Sequence record: OL960577.1
Reading direction: 5' to 3' (one strand)
From: Escherichia phage vB_EcoM_SA35RD
Length of the DNA: 64,000 nucleotides
Positions 8,940 through 18,802 of the stretch are shown in pieces. A model generated the notes under the pieces. The model was given only the letters and a program-made list of their open reading frames with translations, had not been told where the DNA came from and made no database searches. Position 1 is the stretch's first letter; every line of letters begins with the position of its first letter. Position numbers and translations under genes: made by a program.

Positions 8940-9617
8940 TTATCGCTGTTTTACACTTAACGGGTCAGGATTCTCAGGGACATCTTCAAGGCCAAGCGCA
9001 TAACGCTGAGCATATTTTAACATCAAAATATCTTTAGCACAATCGTGAATACTATCATGGGCAACGAATCCTTTTAGCGTACCCATCGGTAATGGACACA
9101 TACTTAATCCTCGTGTCAACGAGTAAGCTTCGATTGCTGTACGAATATCACGTTGAGCCCAGAATTTAACCGGTTCTAATTTATCAGTATCAATATCTGG
9201 TTCAAGAACACCTTCATCACGATAGAGATCACGAATCAAATCTACCAAGATCGGGAAGTCAAAGCTCATACCACGGCACCACATCTGTGATTTCCATTGG
9301 TCAACTTTATTAGCTCGACAATAATATAAAAAGATTTTAATGCCTTCAAGCGTAGTGACATCGTCTTCAGACGGAGCCAGGTTTTTACGTGCTTCTGCTG
9401 ATTGTTCTTTCCACCATTTCATAGTGGATTTAGCGAAAACTCGCTTCCCTTTTTGAGAAGCTAAATTAAATTTAATTCGCTTACCTCGTTGAACAAGTTC
9501 TTCAAATGTTTCAACAACTTCAGGGTCCGAATTATATGCAATAACCGCAAGGTCAATAACAGCAGCTTTTGACGTATTGCCGAATGTTTCAAAATCTATA
9601 ATAACATCAGTGCTCAT
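8940..9617 (-). CDS. dexA: exonuclease A (DEDDh 3'-5' exonuclease)
   Basis: 225 aa, N-terminal IDFETFG motif; position before dda as in T4. Confidence 0.7.
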   Translation of the reverse strand: MSTDVIIDFETFGNTSKAAVIDLAVIAYNSDPEVVETFEELVQRGKRIKFNLASQKGKRVFAKSTMKWWKEQSAEARKNLAPSEDDVTTLEGIKIFLYYCRANKVDQWKSQMWCRGMSFDFPILVDLIRDLYRDEGVLEPDIDTDKLEPVKFWAQRDIRTAIEAYSLTRGLSMCPLPMGTLKGFVAHDSIHDCAKDILMLKYAQRYALGLEDVPENPDPLSVKQR

Positions 9618-9626
9618 AATTTTCTC

Positions 9627-10940
9627 TCAAATAAAATGGACGTCAAAACGACCACGAGTTGTGCCGACATACAATAACTGTTTAGCTAGTTCTGAATCGG
9701 CATAATGGATACACGGTGTATAAACAAAGGCCGTGTCAACAGACATACCCTGGGCCTTATGGAAGGTTGATACTGGTAGTGCCTTCACCTTAGTGAACAT
9801 GCGTTTAGCATCCCAGAATTCGCTCCATGGAGCTTTACCACCTTTATTCCAGAATTTGTATGTTTCTGCAGTCTTAGCCAAAAACAAATTGAATTTATAA
9901 AGCTCTTCTTCAGAAGAAATAACCTTTATATCTTCGCGGACGTATTCTTCATCATCGCCATATGTTTCTACTGTAAGATTCCAGTATCGTATCATATATT
10001 CGCCTGAAACACCACGTGCTTTAACAAATGTAGACGTTTCTACAGCATCTCGAATACGAACGAATTGCCCGTTATTGAAAAGCATTTCAGACATATTTTT
10101 GCCATCTAGCTTATACGTCTTGGTAAACGGCTCTTGTAGAACAATGACCTCGTCTTTAATAAATGGCTTTTCTGTTTCGAGAAGTTTTCGGCGAATAATT
10201 GAATTTAACTTGTCCACCGACTTATTTGTGAATGCCATCATTCGATTTTCGAAAAGGTCTTCAGGAGTTTTAACGACATTAAAATAGTTCATCATATACG
10301 ATTTAAGGTCTGTATATCCATGAACACCGTGTCCATCAACTACTTTATCGTAAATCCATTTGCCATTACGAATATCAGTCGCAACATCAATAATTGGTGC
10401 ATTGCTACGTTTAACTTCTGTAAGGTTGCATTGCACGAAGTCTTTGTGAGTGAAGAAAGGACTTAGATACGCAGTGGATTCGCCTGGGTCTACCGGTCGA
10501 ATTTGACATCGGTCGCCGATTCCAATTACTGTGCACCATTTAGGGATACTAGCTAACATTATTTTAAACAGAGAACGGTCACACATTGATGCTTCATCAA
10601 ATAACAATACACGGCACAAGGCTAAGTCGGGAACCTTTTTCTGTTCAAATAATACGTTTTCTTCGTATGTAGTTGGGTTGATTTTAAGAATGCTATGAAT
10701 AGTCGATGCTTCTTGACCTGCAAGTTTGCTTAGAACCTTTTTAGCAGCATGTGTAGGGGCTGCTAAAATAATACCTGATTCTCCAGAAGAAATAAGGGCT
10801 TCAACGATGAATCTAGTAAGGGTTGTTTTACCTGTACCAGCAGGTCCATTAATAGTTACGTGATGTTTCTTTTCTTTAATAGCTTTCATAACAACGTTGA
10901 AGGCGTTTTTCTGGCCTTCAGTCAAGTCATCAAATGTCAT
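9627..10940 (-). CDS. dda: Dda DNA helicase (SF1)
   Basis: 437 aa, Walker A GPAGTGKTT; T4 synteny. Confidence 0.85.
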   Translation of the reverse strand: MTFDDLTEGQKNAFNVVMKAIKEKKHHVTINGPAGTGKTTLTRFIVEALISSGESGIILAAPTHAAKKVLSKLAGQEASTIHSILKINPTTYEENVLFEQKKVPDLALCRVLLFDEASMCDRSLFKIMLASIPKWCTVIGIGDRCQIRPVDPGESTAYLSPFFTHKDFVQCNLTEVKRSNAPIIDVATDIRNGKWIYDKVVDGHGVHGYTDLKSYMMNYFNVVKTPEDLFENRMMAFTNKSVDKLNSIIRRKLLETEKPFIKDEVIVLQEPFTKTYKLDGKNMSEMLFNNGQFVRIRDAVETSTFVKARGVSGEYMIRYWNLTVETYGDDEEYVREDIKVISSEEELYKFNLFLAKTAETYKFWNKGGKAPWSEFWDAKRMFTKVKALPVSTFHKAQGMSVDTAFVYTPCIHYADSELAKQLLYVGTTRGRFDVHFI

Positions 10941-11248
10941 CGTAAAGTCCCTGCAATTGGAATACTAACAATACGGCCGGTATCTAGAATTCGTTGATAC
11001 AATCTTTGCGTCTCTGCATCTAGTTTAACGTGTTTCATTTCAAGCTTATTAAACCAGAACTTACGCGGAGTTTCGACCATTCTTAGAACTCCCATTTTTA
11101 AATCTGTTTTATACTGTGTTTTCAAAGTATCGAAAACTTTATCTGCAATATCCTTTCTAAAAAATACTGCAGGACGATGCTCATCAAGTGGAACTGGGAC
11201 AGTAAATCCTTCCATATCTCGATAAACTATTGCATATACATAAACCAT
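10937..11248 (-). CDS. hypothetical protein (dda.1 position)
   Basis: 103 aa ORF overlapping dda start by 4 nt. Confidence 0.45.
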   Translation of the reverse strand: MVYVYAIVYRDMEGFTVPVPLDEHRPAVFFRKDIADKVFDTLKTQYKTDLKMGVLRMVETPRKFWFNKLEMKHVKLDAETQRLYQRILDTGRIVSIPIAGTLR

Positions 11249-11250
11249 AA

Positions 11251-11997
11251 TTAACCTTTAATAAGTTGGAATAATGATGCGCTAAGTGGTAAGCCACGTT
11301 TCAATTTTAATTTACCAATGAAACCAATCTTTTCAAAACGTCGCAGACCTTGGATAACTTTATCATATGTATCGAAAAGCGATTCAGCATCAGTTAATTT
11401 AGTTTTAGTTTTCCAGTCAGAGCCTTTAAGAAGAACGTTGAGTTTAGTAAGTTCATGGCCTTCTGCTTGATGTGAGCCATTAATGCGTGCTTTCAAAGCA
11501 ACAATTCTAAGTTTAGATTCGTTAGATAAAGGTTGATTTTTCATCATGTTCGCCATATGCTTAACACGATTTTCACGTTTTGCTCGGATTTTTAAAATAG
11601 TACCATAAACCTTTTTAATTTGGGCCCATTTCTTCTCGTCGAGATTAAGTTTCTCTACTTTACGGGCAGAAGGATTAGCGATACGTCTTGCAATGGCATC
11701 ACGTTTCTCAATAAGTTCTTCTAATGTTAAATCAGAACGAGCCGTGTTATATTTTTTCTTAACTGGGATAACATTACCTTTAATGTAGCCTATATCGTTA
11801 TTAAAACGTTCTAAGGATAATTTCTCACCTTCAACAGAGTTATTGAAAGATTCACCTGAGTAAGCGCAGACCTTTTGATCAAGAATGTTTTTAAGGTAAT
11901 TAAAGTCTAAGTTAAAATCCTTAGAGCGTCTCTTCGCAGAAGCTCTGGTGTGGTCAAGACGACGATTGATTTTGTTAATTTTATTATTTGATAACAT
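11251..11997 (-). CDS. srd: Srd-like protein (sigma-70 region-like decoy)
   Basis: 248 aa, size and position between dda.1 and modA as T4 srd; no strong motif check. Confidence 0.45.
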   Translation of the reverse strand: MLSNNKINKINRRLDHTRASAKRRSKDFNLDFNYLKNILDQKVCAYSGESFNNSVEGEKLSLERFNNDIGYIKGNVIPVKKKYNTARSDLTLEELIEKRDAIARRIANPSARKVEKLNLDEKKWAQIKKVYGTILKIRAKRENRVKHMANMMKNQPLSNESKLRIVALKARINGSHQAEGHELTKLNVLLKGSDWKTKTKLTDAESLFDTYDKVIQGLRRFEKIGFIGKLKLKRGLPLSASLFQLIKG

Positions 11998-12047
11998 AAT
12001 ATTTTCCTCTGTCTTACGGACGTTAAGGTCATTTAGCTGATAAGTCT

Positions 12048-12076
12048 ATAATATCATGCCCTCAGGTAGTGTACAC
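12048..12076 (-). promoter_or_regulatory. T4-type early promoter-like element upstream of srd
   Basis: GTGTAC-17nt-TATTAT-AGACTTA. Confidence 0.4.
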
Positions 12077-12152
12077 TCTTTTTTTTCATAAAATGCTTTA
12101 ATTTTTTATGTGTTATAATGGTTCTGAGTTCCATCCGGTTATTCCAATTCAG

Positions 12153-12761
12153 TCAGTAACTGACAATAGACAGATTCCAGATTGTATAACGTCCATCCTG
12201 AATAATAGAATCTACACGCAGTGTAGTCCCTATAGGGAGCATAAATTCACATTCGTCAGATATAAGTCTAGCATTAGACCGTCTTGTCGCTTCAGGGAAA
12301 GCTCCATTGAACTCACAAGATGGCGCAGCCAGAATCATGTTAAGCATATGTTCACGGAAGTTGAAAGCAAATGGTGCATCTTTGATGCAGAACATATTAA
12401 ATGTTCCGTAAAAATTATACGAAGCAAAGTTACGTGCTACACCGAACACTGGGCTGAAGCTCATTACTCTGTCAAATTTAATAATACTACCAATACCTTT
12501 ATCATCGAGTGTGGCCATAGTTTTCTTAGAGATTCCACGATACATTGTCTCAGGAACAGAAGACGTCCAATTTCTACGAACGATTGAACTTAACTCCTGT
12601 TGAATACAGTCTGGCTTGTTTTCCATACACTGCCATAGTACACTTTGTTCAATGTCGCTGAATTGACTATCAATTTCGTACTGCAATACATCTTGATATT
12701 CGGGGTTTTGAGCACGACGAACCATTTCTTCAATTTCACACTCGTTATACGGCATAAACAT
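12153..12761 (-). CDS. modA: ADP-ribosyltransferase ModA-like
   Basis: 202 aa; paralogous to next ORF; R (YRGIS) and S-x-S style ART motifs; T4 synteny. Confidence 0.6.
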   Translation of the reverse strand: MFMPYNECEIEEMVRRAQNPEYQDVLQYEIDSQFSDIEQSVLWQCMENKPDCIQQELSSIVRRNWTSSVPETMYRGISKKTMATLDDKGIGSIIKFDRVMSFSPVFGVARNFASYNFYGTFNMFCIKDAPFAFNFREHMLNMILAAPSCEFNGAFPEATRRSNARLISDECEFMLPIGTTLRVDSIIQDGRYTIWNLSIVSY

Positions 12762-12789
12762 TTAGGTTTCTCCTGTGGTTGATAAAAGT

Positions 12790-12819
12790 ATAGTATCATC
12801 GTAGGTAGAGTTTGTAAAC
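12790..12819 (-). promoter_or_regulatory. T4-type early promoter-like element upstream of modA
   Basis: GTTTAC-18nt-TACTAT. Confidence 0.4.
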
Positions 12820-13400
12820 TAAAAATTCAACATCTTTAAGTGAATGATTTTGTATACTCGAGACAAAGGGTCATACTCTAACTCTTCGATTTCCACAATC
12901 TCAAATCTAGAGATACCTGAAACCATGTACTCTTGTTCAGATTCAATCATATCTAGGACGTCAACACGTGTTTCTTCCATAACATGCTTAGGGTTCTTTC
13001 CGGCGAGTACAATGTTAACCATGTTTTGGTAGTAATCAAAAATGAATGGAGCATTCCTGAGACTAAGAATAGTGTACGTCTGATATTCCCAACTCCCAGA
13101 GAATTGACGAGCTGTGCTGAAATCAGTTGTGAACGATGTTACTCGTCCAGGAGACCAATGGCATCCAACAGAAAGAAGGGAAAGACGTTCTACTTCTTCT
13201 GGAGTTACACCACGGTAGAGTTCTACTGGTACTGTAGAAGTCATATGCTTACGAACAAGATGGTCTAATTCATAGTGGAAATCCGGGTCTTCCTTAGAAT
13301 CGGTGCAAGCCCAGAGAATGTTTTGTTCTTGGCGGGTGAATTTGCTATCAATCAGATTTGTTAGGTATTCGCGTTCTTGAAGTTCAGATTGACATGTCAT
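12819..13400 (-). CDS. modB: ADP-ribosyltransferase ModB-like
   Basis: 193 aa; paralog of ModA-like ORF (YRGVT, FTTDFSTARQF); synteny. Confidence 0.6.
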   Translation of the reverse strand: MTCQSELQEREYLTNLIDSKFTRQEQNILWACTDSKEDPDFHYELDHLVRKHMTSTVPVELYRGVTPEEVERLSLLSVGCHWSPGRVTSFTTDFSTARQFSGSWEYQTYTILSLRNAPFIFDYYQNMVNIVLAGKNPKHVMEETRVDVLDMIESEQEYMVSGISRFEIVEIEELEYDPLSRVYKIIHLKMLNF

Positions 13401-13427
13401 GATAGACCTCCATTTAAAGATAAGTCT

Positions 13428-13456
13428 ATCATAACACGAGAGGAGGGAATGTAAAC
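13428..13456 (-). promoter_or_regulatory. T4-type early promoter-like element upstream of modB
   Basis: GTTTAC-17nt-TATGAT-AGACTTA. Confidence 0.4.
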
Positions 13457-13797
13457 TACTTTTTAAGCTTTCCTACTAAAGGTCCATCAGGGCCAGGTTG
13501 TTCTAACATGAATAAGGACGCTTTAAAAAGCAATGTCAACCCTTTCACCATTCGGTACCATGTCTCAAAGTCTTTTTCCTTGATTTCTAGTAAGAATTTC
13601 TCTTTAAATTTCTCTTTCATTTCCAAGGACTCCATGGTGGCGGGTCGTCATAATAAGATGCAAGGTCTTTCAGGGCTTCAACAGGTAAACTAAAGCCGTG
13701 TCGTTGTATAATACTATCTAGTTCATCAACAAGTTCACTACGATGCACTTTAGGAGCCTCAACTTCAGGCTCGTCAAACATACTCATAAGGTCCATA

Positions 13798-14262
13798 TTA
13801 TTCACCTAGATAAAAACTAGCCGGTTCAGAGAATGTTTCTAGTGCTACACCTTTTGTCTTAAAAAATTTCCAAATAGCTCGTTGCAAATGGACTAAATCT
13901 GCTAATGATGTAATAAAGTATTTTTTGGCAAAATACTTATGGTCTCGCTTTTCAAACAAGTCTAAACGCTTTTCAGGATTCACATAAACTGCATTTTCCG
14001 TAGATTCATAACCTAAGTCCTTTATGCCTTCTTCAAGACTAAACGGAGAATTTTTAGAACGAGTAATAGCTCCAACTCGCTCTACACGAATTTTGTAACC
14101 TTTAGGAATCTGCAATTTGCAGAATTCTTCTACGATATATTGCGGATTATTTAGACTTTTGTTAATGAGAATAGCTATTTCTAGTGGAGTCTTATCTTCC
14201 ACTGGTATATGTTTAAATGACTTGGCTTCAAGCAAATACATTTTAAATAGCATAGCATCCAT
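13798..14262 (-). CDS. hypothetical protein
   Basis: 154 aa ORF in gene array. Confidence 0.45.
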   Translation of the reverse strand: MDAMLFKMYLLEAKSFKHIPVEDKTPLEIAILINKSLNNPQYIVEEFCKLQIPKGYKIRVERVGAITRSKNSPFSLEEGIKDLGYESTENAVYVNPEKRLDLFEKRDHKYFAKKYFITSLADLVHLQRAIWKFFKTKGVALETFSEPASFYLGE

Positions 14263-14468
14263 TATAATTTCCTCGATGGTTCACCCATATAAAGTTTTAC
14301 AATACGTTCGCCTTCATCTTCGACGAGCTTTTCTTCATGTTTCTGGAATTCTTTAGCCATATTCTCTTCAAGAACATCCAGCCAATCTTCTGGACCGACA
14401 CCATCGTCCCAGCTTTTAAACCATTTAACTATCTTGTTCATTCGCAGCTCCCTGAGCTTGAACCACAA
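14262..14468 (-). CDS. hypothetical protein
   Basis: 68 aa ORF, start overlaps stop of upstream gene. Confidence 0.4.
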   Translation of the reverse strand: MWFKLRELRMNKIVKWFKSWDDGVGPEDWLDVLEENMAKEFQKHEEKLVEDEGERIVKLYMGEPSRKL

Positions 14469-14674
14469 TCAGAATAACTTGACCCAGAATCACCAGACCA
14501 AGACGATACGTATGAATGATTATAACTTGAAGAGTTTGAAGCAGACTTAGGACGAATAACTTCTTCCATCATGCCGTCACCAATGTATTCCCAAGCCTTT
14601 TCATGTGTATCAGGAATAGGCATCATACCTTCGCCTGGTTTAACAGCAAACAACTTCTTCAGTATCGTAAGCAT
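14438..14674 (-). CDS. hypothetical Ser/Gly-rich small protein
   Basis: Internal Met MLTILKK preceded by GAGGAA SD; overlaps neighbour, start uncertain. Confidence 0.3.
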   Translation of the reverse strand: MLTILKKLFAVKPGEGMMPIPDTHEKAWEYIGDGMMEEVIRPKSASNSSSYNHSYVSSWSGDSGSSYSDCGSSSGSCE

Positions 14675-14867
14675 TAATTGTTCCTCGAACAAAACGAACA
14701 CCGCCATCATCCCAACGGATTTCAGCATTAAATTTGACGTCTTCACCGTCCATCATGAAAGAATGTACCACAACATCATCATAGTATCCAAGACCGTACT
14801 TTAATGAAACTTCTTGAGCAATCAAAGCACCTAATGTGTTATTAGGTTTAATCCAACGATTTAACAT
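14640..14867 (-). CDS. hypothetical protein
   Basis: Start moved to MLNRWIKP after AGAGGAGAA SD; longer ORF would start within terminator/promoter. Confidence 0.4.
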   Translation of the reverse strand: MLNRWIKPNNTLGALIAQEVSLKYGLGYYDDVVVHSFMMDGEDVKFNAEIRWDDGGVRFVRGTINAYDTEEVVCC

Positions 14868-14895
14868 ATTGTTCTCCTCTTGAGTAAGTAGAGTA

Positions 14896-14925
14896 ATCAT
14901 ATCACAATCTAGAACCTTTGTAAAC
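14896..14925 (-). promoter_or_regulatory. T4-type early promoter-like element
   Basis: GTTTAC-18nt-TATGAT then AGAGGAGAA SD. Confidence 0.4.
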
Positions 14926-14933
14926 CACAGAAA

Positions 14934-14960
14934 CGAAAAAAGGAATCCCGAAGGATTCCT
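14934..14960 (-). terminator. intrinsic terminator downstream of soc (UUCG loop)
   Basis: AGGAATCC-CGAA-GGATTCCT preceded by A6 on plus strand. Confidence 0.55.
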
Positions 14961-14965
14961 CATAA

Positions 14966-15199
14966 TTAAACTACATCTGTTGGGGTGAACATTGCTTCGT
15001 TCTTAGTACGCCAGTCTTCTGCATCAGTCACCACCGTAGAGTACGCGGCTTCTTCAGACGGGAAAGTCTGATAATGGGCATTAGCAATTCGGTGCTCATT
15101 CGAATAAATCTCAAATGGAACTGAAACTTCAACGCCTTTAACTTCTTTACCTTCACCGGCCGGATGCGTAAAGGTTTTGATATTGACATAACCACCCAT
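14966..15199 (-). CDS. soc: small outer capsid protein Soc
   Basis: 77 aa; GYVNIKTF...AHYQTFPSEEAAYSTV matches remembered T4 Soc; late promoter upstream, terminator downstream. Confidence 0.8.
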   Translation of the reverse strand: MGGYVNIKTFTHPAGEGKEVKGVEVSVPFEIYSNEHRIANAHYQTFPSEEAAYSTVVTDAEDWRTKNEAMFTPTDVV

Positions 15200-15230
15200 A
15201 ATTAACTCCTTTGCTGTTTAATTACAGGTG

Positions 15231-15238
15231 TATTTATA
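15231..15238 (-). promoter_or_regulatory. T4 late promoter TATAAATA upstream of soc
   Basis: Exact TATAAATA on minus strand ~32 nt upstream of soc ATG. Confidence 0.5.
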
Positions 15239-15240
15239 AC

Positions 15241-15762
15241 TTAATACCCGTTGTCCTGGCGTTCGAAGTTATGTTTATTTTTCAAATAATACAGCTTAAA
15301 GATTTCTTCAGCAGAAAGACCCAGACCTTGGAACATGTTCAGAACGAAATGCAGAATATCAATCATTTCGAATTTAATTTCGAGCTGGTCTTCAGGAGAT
15401 AGTTCATCGATACGACGATTACGATATTCAGCATGTTGGGCCTTCCACGGTTTCCATACAGCAGATGCATCTTTTTCACCATTGCTCATACCACCAAGTG
15501 AAGTCAACAGTTCACGGAATTCATCATCAATATAATCTTTCTGATTACGCAGCCAATCAACAACATCACCAGCAGTAGCCAATTCATCAGGATGTTTGTT
15601 ATGTTCAGGCTTGTCATTTGCCAGACGAACCTGTAAAGATTTCTGCATATCAAGCATTACCTGCAGTGGGTCTTTATCTTCGTGAATCAGAGCATTAAAA
15701 TAAGCTTCTTCTGCTTTATCAACACCAGAAATAAGTTGTGAACATTCGTTAAAGTGTGCCAT
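15241..15762 (-). CDS. 56: dCTP pyrophosphatase gp56 (MazG-like)
   Basis: Start at MAHFNEC after AAGGAAAA SD; size and synteny. Confidence 0.65.
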   Translation of the reverse strand: MAHFNECSQLISGVDKAEEAYFNALIHEDKDPLQVMLDMQKSLQVRLANDKPEHNKHPDELATAGDVVDWLRNQKDYIDDEFRELLTSLGGMSNGEKDASAVWKPWKAQHAEYRNRRIDELSPEDQLEIKFEMIDILHFVLNMFQGLGLSAEEIFKLYYLKNKHNFERQDNGY

Positions 15763-15851
15763 TATTTTTCCTTTCAATTCAGTAATAAGTGAGTTAATTC
15801 TAACATTAATTTTATAAAGCGTAATAAATAATAGGTAACTAAGGAGATATT

Positions 15852-16049
15852 ATGTTTAAACTTCCATCGTTAATCAACGCTATTAAAGGCAATAAAAAGA
15901 AAACTGCTATCGCTGCAATAGTTGTAGGTGGCATTATTTCATGGAACTTCGGGATTGCACCATTGTTAGTTGCCCATGGTATTATAGTTCCTTCTGTTCC
16001 ATTGGATACTGTAGTTGATTTGGCCTTTGCTATTATAGGGCTTGTTTAA
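15852..16049 (+). CDS. hypothetical small membrane protein (plus strand)
   Basis: 65 aa hydrophobic ORF; strong SD AAGGAG 7 nt before ATG; AATAAATA late-promoter-like element upstream; convergent with gene 61. Confidence 0.4.
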   Translation: MFKLPSLINAIKGNKKKTAIAAIVVGGIISWNFGIAPLLVAHGIIVPSVPLDTVVDLAFAIIGLV

Positions 16050-17068
16050 ATCTTCGAATAACGAGATAATCTCATTTTAGCATGCAACCCACTTGAAATA
16101 TTCTGTTTCATATATTCTAAAATTTCTTGTGGTGTTGCATTTTCTTTCATTACCATATCATTCACATCCTTTGAACTCCATGGAGCTCTATCCCAGAACA
16201 TGACACGTTCGCCTGCATCAACTAATCGCTTCATGCGAGCTATAGTATCTGGATGCCTAGGTTCATTATCCATTACCCATACCCGACGTTCTTTAAATGG
16301 TACCACATCTAAATCTATTGAGCCGCCTGTAATAGCGATTGCATTGGGTATGAATAAACTATCAATAGGGCCTTCCATTACCCAGACGTCTCCTTCCTTA
16401 ACACGTTCAACACCATAAATTTTTGTTGCAGACTCAAACGCTTTAATAGTGATATATTTCTGAGGAGCGTCTTTACGAAGTGCACGTCCTTGGAATGACT
16501 CGGCCTTCCCGTCTTTATTAAAAATAGGAATCACTAAACGTGGCTCGGGAATCTCTTTCTTATACGTACCAGGTTGAATCTTGTTGACCAATTTAGGCCA
16601 TTCTAATGTGAACCATAATCTATTCCACGATTCTTTAGGAATACACCGAGACTTAACATATTTCACAATAGGATGCTCTTCAGGCAACTTGTCTAGACGA
16701 GAACAAGACGGCAAAGAATTTATAGTCTTTTTCTCCGGTTCTGGTTTATGTTCAGGAACCTTTTCAATCTTTGGTTCCATTCTAGCTTTTTCTTTACGAA
16801 CTTCCATTAGATATTCGCGATAAAGCTCTTCATCATACTCTTTTAAGTATCCTGAAATTGTATTGTGGTATTGACAGTTATAGCAATGTACATTACCAGG
16901 AGTACCGCCATAATACCATCCGCGAGCTTTCATTGCATCTGTCTGGGAGTCGCCACAAACTGGACATCGAAATGTTAATTTAAATGTACTTGAATTATTG
17001 ATTTGTCTAAAACGAGGTAGGTGAGAAAACGCACGATAAGCAAATTCATTATCTATCCATTCAGCCAT
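16046..17068 (-). CDS. 61: DNA primase gp61
   Basis: 340 aa, zinc finger CPVCGDS...CYNCQYH; T4 synteny. Confidence 0.85.
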   Translation of the reverse strand: MAEWIDNEFAYRAFSHLPRFRQINNSSTFKLTFRCPVCGDSQTDAMKARGWYYGGTPGNVHCYNCQYHNTISGYLKEYDEELYREYLMEVRKEKARMEPKIEKVPEHKPEPEKKTINSLPSCSRLDKLPEEHPIVKYVKSRCIPKESWNRLWFTLEWPKLVNKIQPGTYKKEIPEPRLVIPIFNKDGKAESFQGRALRKDAPQKYITIKAFESATKIYGVERVKEGDVWVMEGPIDSLFIPNAIAITGGSIDLDVVPFKERRVWVMDNEPRHPDTIARMKRLVDAGERVMFWDRAPWSSKDVNDMVMKENATPQEILEYMKQNISSGLHAKMRLSRYSKI

Positions 17069-17107
17069 AGTATTCTCCAGAGGCCTTAAATTAATAAGGC
17101 CATCTTA

Positions 17108-17602
17108 TCACAACTTATTAATATTTACTTTAATTCGCTTTCTTTTCTTGGAAGGAATTTGTTCTGGACCTTTATTTACGACTGCACCTGTAGTTGTTCC
17201 TGATGCAATAGCTTGAGGACTGCCGCCTGAATCACCAGCAACCATATCCTCAAATAAAGGGAGTTCTTTAAATATTTCTTTCTGTTGTTCTTCAGTAATG
17301 TTATAGCGTGAAGCTACAGCACTCCAGGCAGACATCATTGAGGCCATTCCATTAAGACCTGGAACAGTACTCATCATTCGCTTCATTGAACGAACTGAAG
17401 CATGAAAAGGTGTATAAGCCGCTTTCTCTTCGGGAGTAGAAGGACGTTTAAGAACACTTCCACGTTCGTCGATTATTTTGGCTTCGTACGCTTTCCATTC
17501 GGTAAAAGGTTTTTGCATTAGTCGAATAAACTTATATGCGTAAACAGAATCTATTGCAGTGTTAATAATACCCATAGGTACCTCCTGAGTATATTTAATC
17601 AA
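17108..17602 (-). CDS. hypothetical protein (61.1 position)
   Basis: 164 aa ORF. Confidence 0.5.
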   Translation of the reverse strand: MIKYTQEVPMGIINTAIDSVYAYKFIRLMQKPFTEWKAYEAKIIDERGSVLKRPSTPEEKAAYTPFHASVRSMKRMMSTVPGLNGMASMMSAWSAVASRYNITEEQQKEIFKELPLFEDMVAGDSGGSPQAIASGTTTGAVVNKGPEQIPSKKRKRIKVNINKL

Positions 17603-17792
17603 TCACAAAGATCGCTTTATCACCGTTCGCATCTGTGACTTCATATGTAGTGTCTTCATAGTGTGGAATATTCCAAATTACACCATCATTAGCTTTTACG
17701 CTAATATGGCATTGGTGTTTTGAAACAACTTCATAATCTTCAAAACTTGTAAAAACACTAATTTTAGAACCAGTGCAAATTGCAGTAGTCAT
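17595..17792 (-). CDS. hypothetical protein
   Basis: 65 aa ORF between neighbours. Confidence 0.4.
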   Translation of the reverse strand: MTTAICTGSKISVFTSFEDYEVVSKHQCHISVKANDGVIWNIPHYEDTTYEVTDANGDKAIFVID

Positions 17793-17793
17793 T

Positions 17794-18453
17794 TTAACCT
17801 CGATTCATAAATGCATTAAATATTTGGTCATCAACAGAAATTTCTAATTCGACTTCAATTGTTTCAGCCTTTTCTTCAGGTGGTAATTCGTATCCACACA
17901 CTACAATTTTTTCATCGATATCAAAATATACAGAAGCAATACGATTAATGTTACTTTCAGTTAAGTCTAAATCAACATCAACATCTTTTTGACCTACACT
18001 TAAAGGATAACTAATACGAGTTATTTTATTATCTTTAACAAAGAGTCCACCAACATACTCTGTACTACGTTTGAAGTTTACACGTTTCCGAATTGAAAGA
18101 TATGATACATCTTTACCGTGAGCTCGGCTCATAGGACATAATGAATAACTAGAATAAGAGATGTCAAATCCTACGCCTTCAACATGTGCTAGAGTATCAT
18201 GAGTAAACCAATTATAGTCGTATGCTAAATCCATTATATTGTAATATGTGAAAGGCACAGGATTAACATCATATGTTGTACCTTTAAAATCTGCCCAGGC
18301 AACGATTTCGTTATCTTTAACAATTACAAAAATTACACCAATATGGTACCCGTTATTATTTTCATTCGGCGTTATATTATAACATTGTGCATTAGGAAAT
18401 TTACCATATTTAAACGGCGCGTTTTTGTGCATATAATAAATCATATTATTCAC
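17794..18453 (-). CDS. hypothetical protein (61.2 position)
   Basis: 219 aa ORF. Confidence 0.5.
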   Translation of the reverse strand: MNNMIYYMHKNAPFKYGKFPNAQCYNITPNENNNGYHIGVIFVIVKDNEIVAWADFKGTTYDVNPVPFTYYNIMDLAYDYNWFTHDTLAHVEGVGFDISYSSYSLCPMSRAHGKDVSYLSIRKRVNFKRSTEYVGGLFVKDNKITRISYPLSVGQKDVDVDLDLTESNINRIASVYFDIDEKIVVCGYELPPEEKAETIEVELEISVDDQIFNAFMNRG

Positions 18454-18739
18454 CTGTGATTTCGGTTACGATATCTTTGTTATCGAAATTAGGGTCACAA
18501 TACAAAACATAGTTGTACTGCATGATACCACCAGACTTAAGTTGTTCAACAACTTTATTAACCATATTAGGACGGTCTCGTTTAGTGATGTTCATGATAT
18601 CAGAGAAGATTTGTTGTTCAACATCTTCTTGATTTGCAGTCATTGACCACTCACAGAGGTCTTTATCATAACCTGCCGTAACTGGAGCCGGTGCACATGA
18701 TACTGCAAGTAAGATTGCTGCCAATGATAACTTTTTCAT
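18446..18739 (-). CDS. sp: Spackle-like periplasmic protein
   Basis: 97 aa with N-terminal signal peptide MKKLSLAAILLAVSCAPA; same size and position as T4 sp. Confidence 0.5.
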   Translation of the reverse strand: MKKLSLAAILLAVSCAPAPVTAGYDKDLCEWSMTANQEDVEQQIFSDIMNITKRDRPNMVNKVVEQLKSGGIMQYNYVLYCDPNFDNKDIVTEITGE

Positions 18740-18802
18740 TTTAACTCCTTAGTTGATTTGATAGGACTACTATACTATAGTCCATCTATAATGTAAACAA
18801 AT

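Noticed and set aside
13508-13693. Plus-strand 61-aa ORF 13508..13693
   Set aside because: Overlaps a minus-strand ORF (13617..13805) that continues the co-directional array; no SD.
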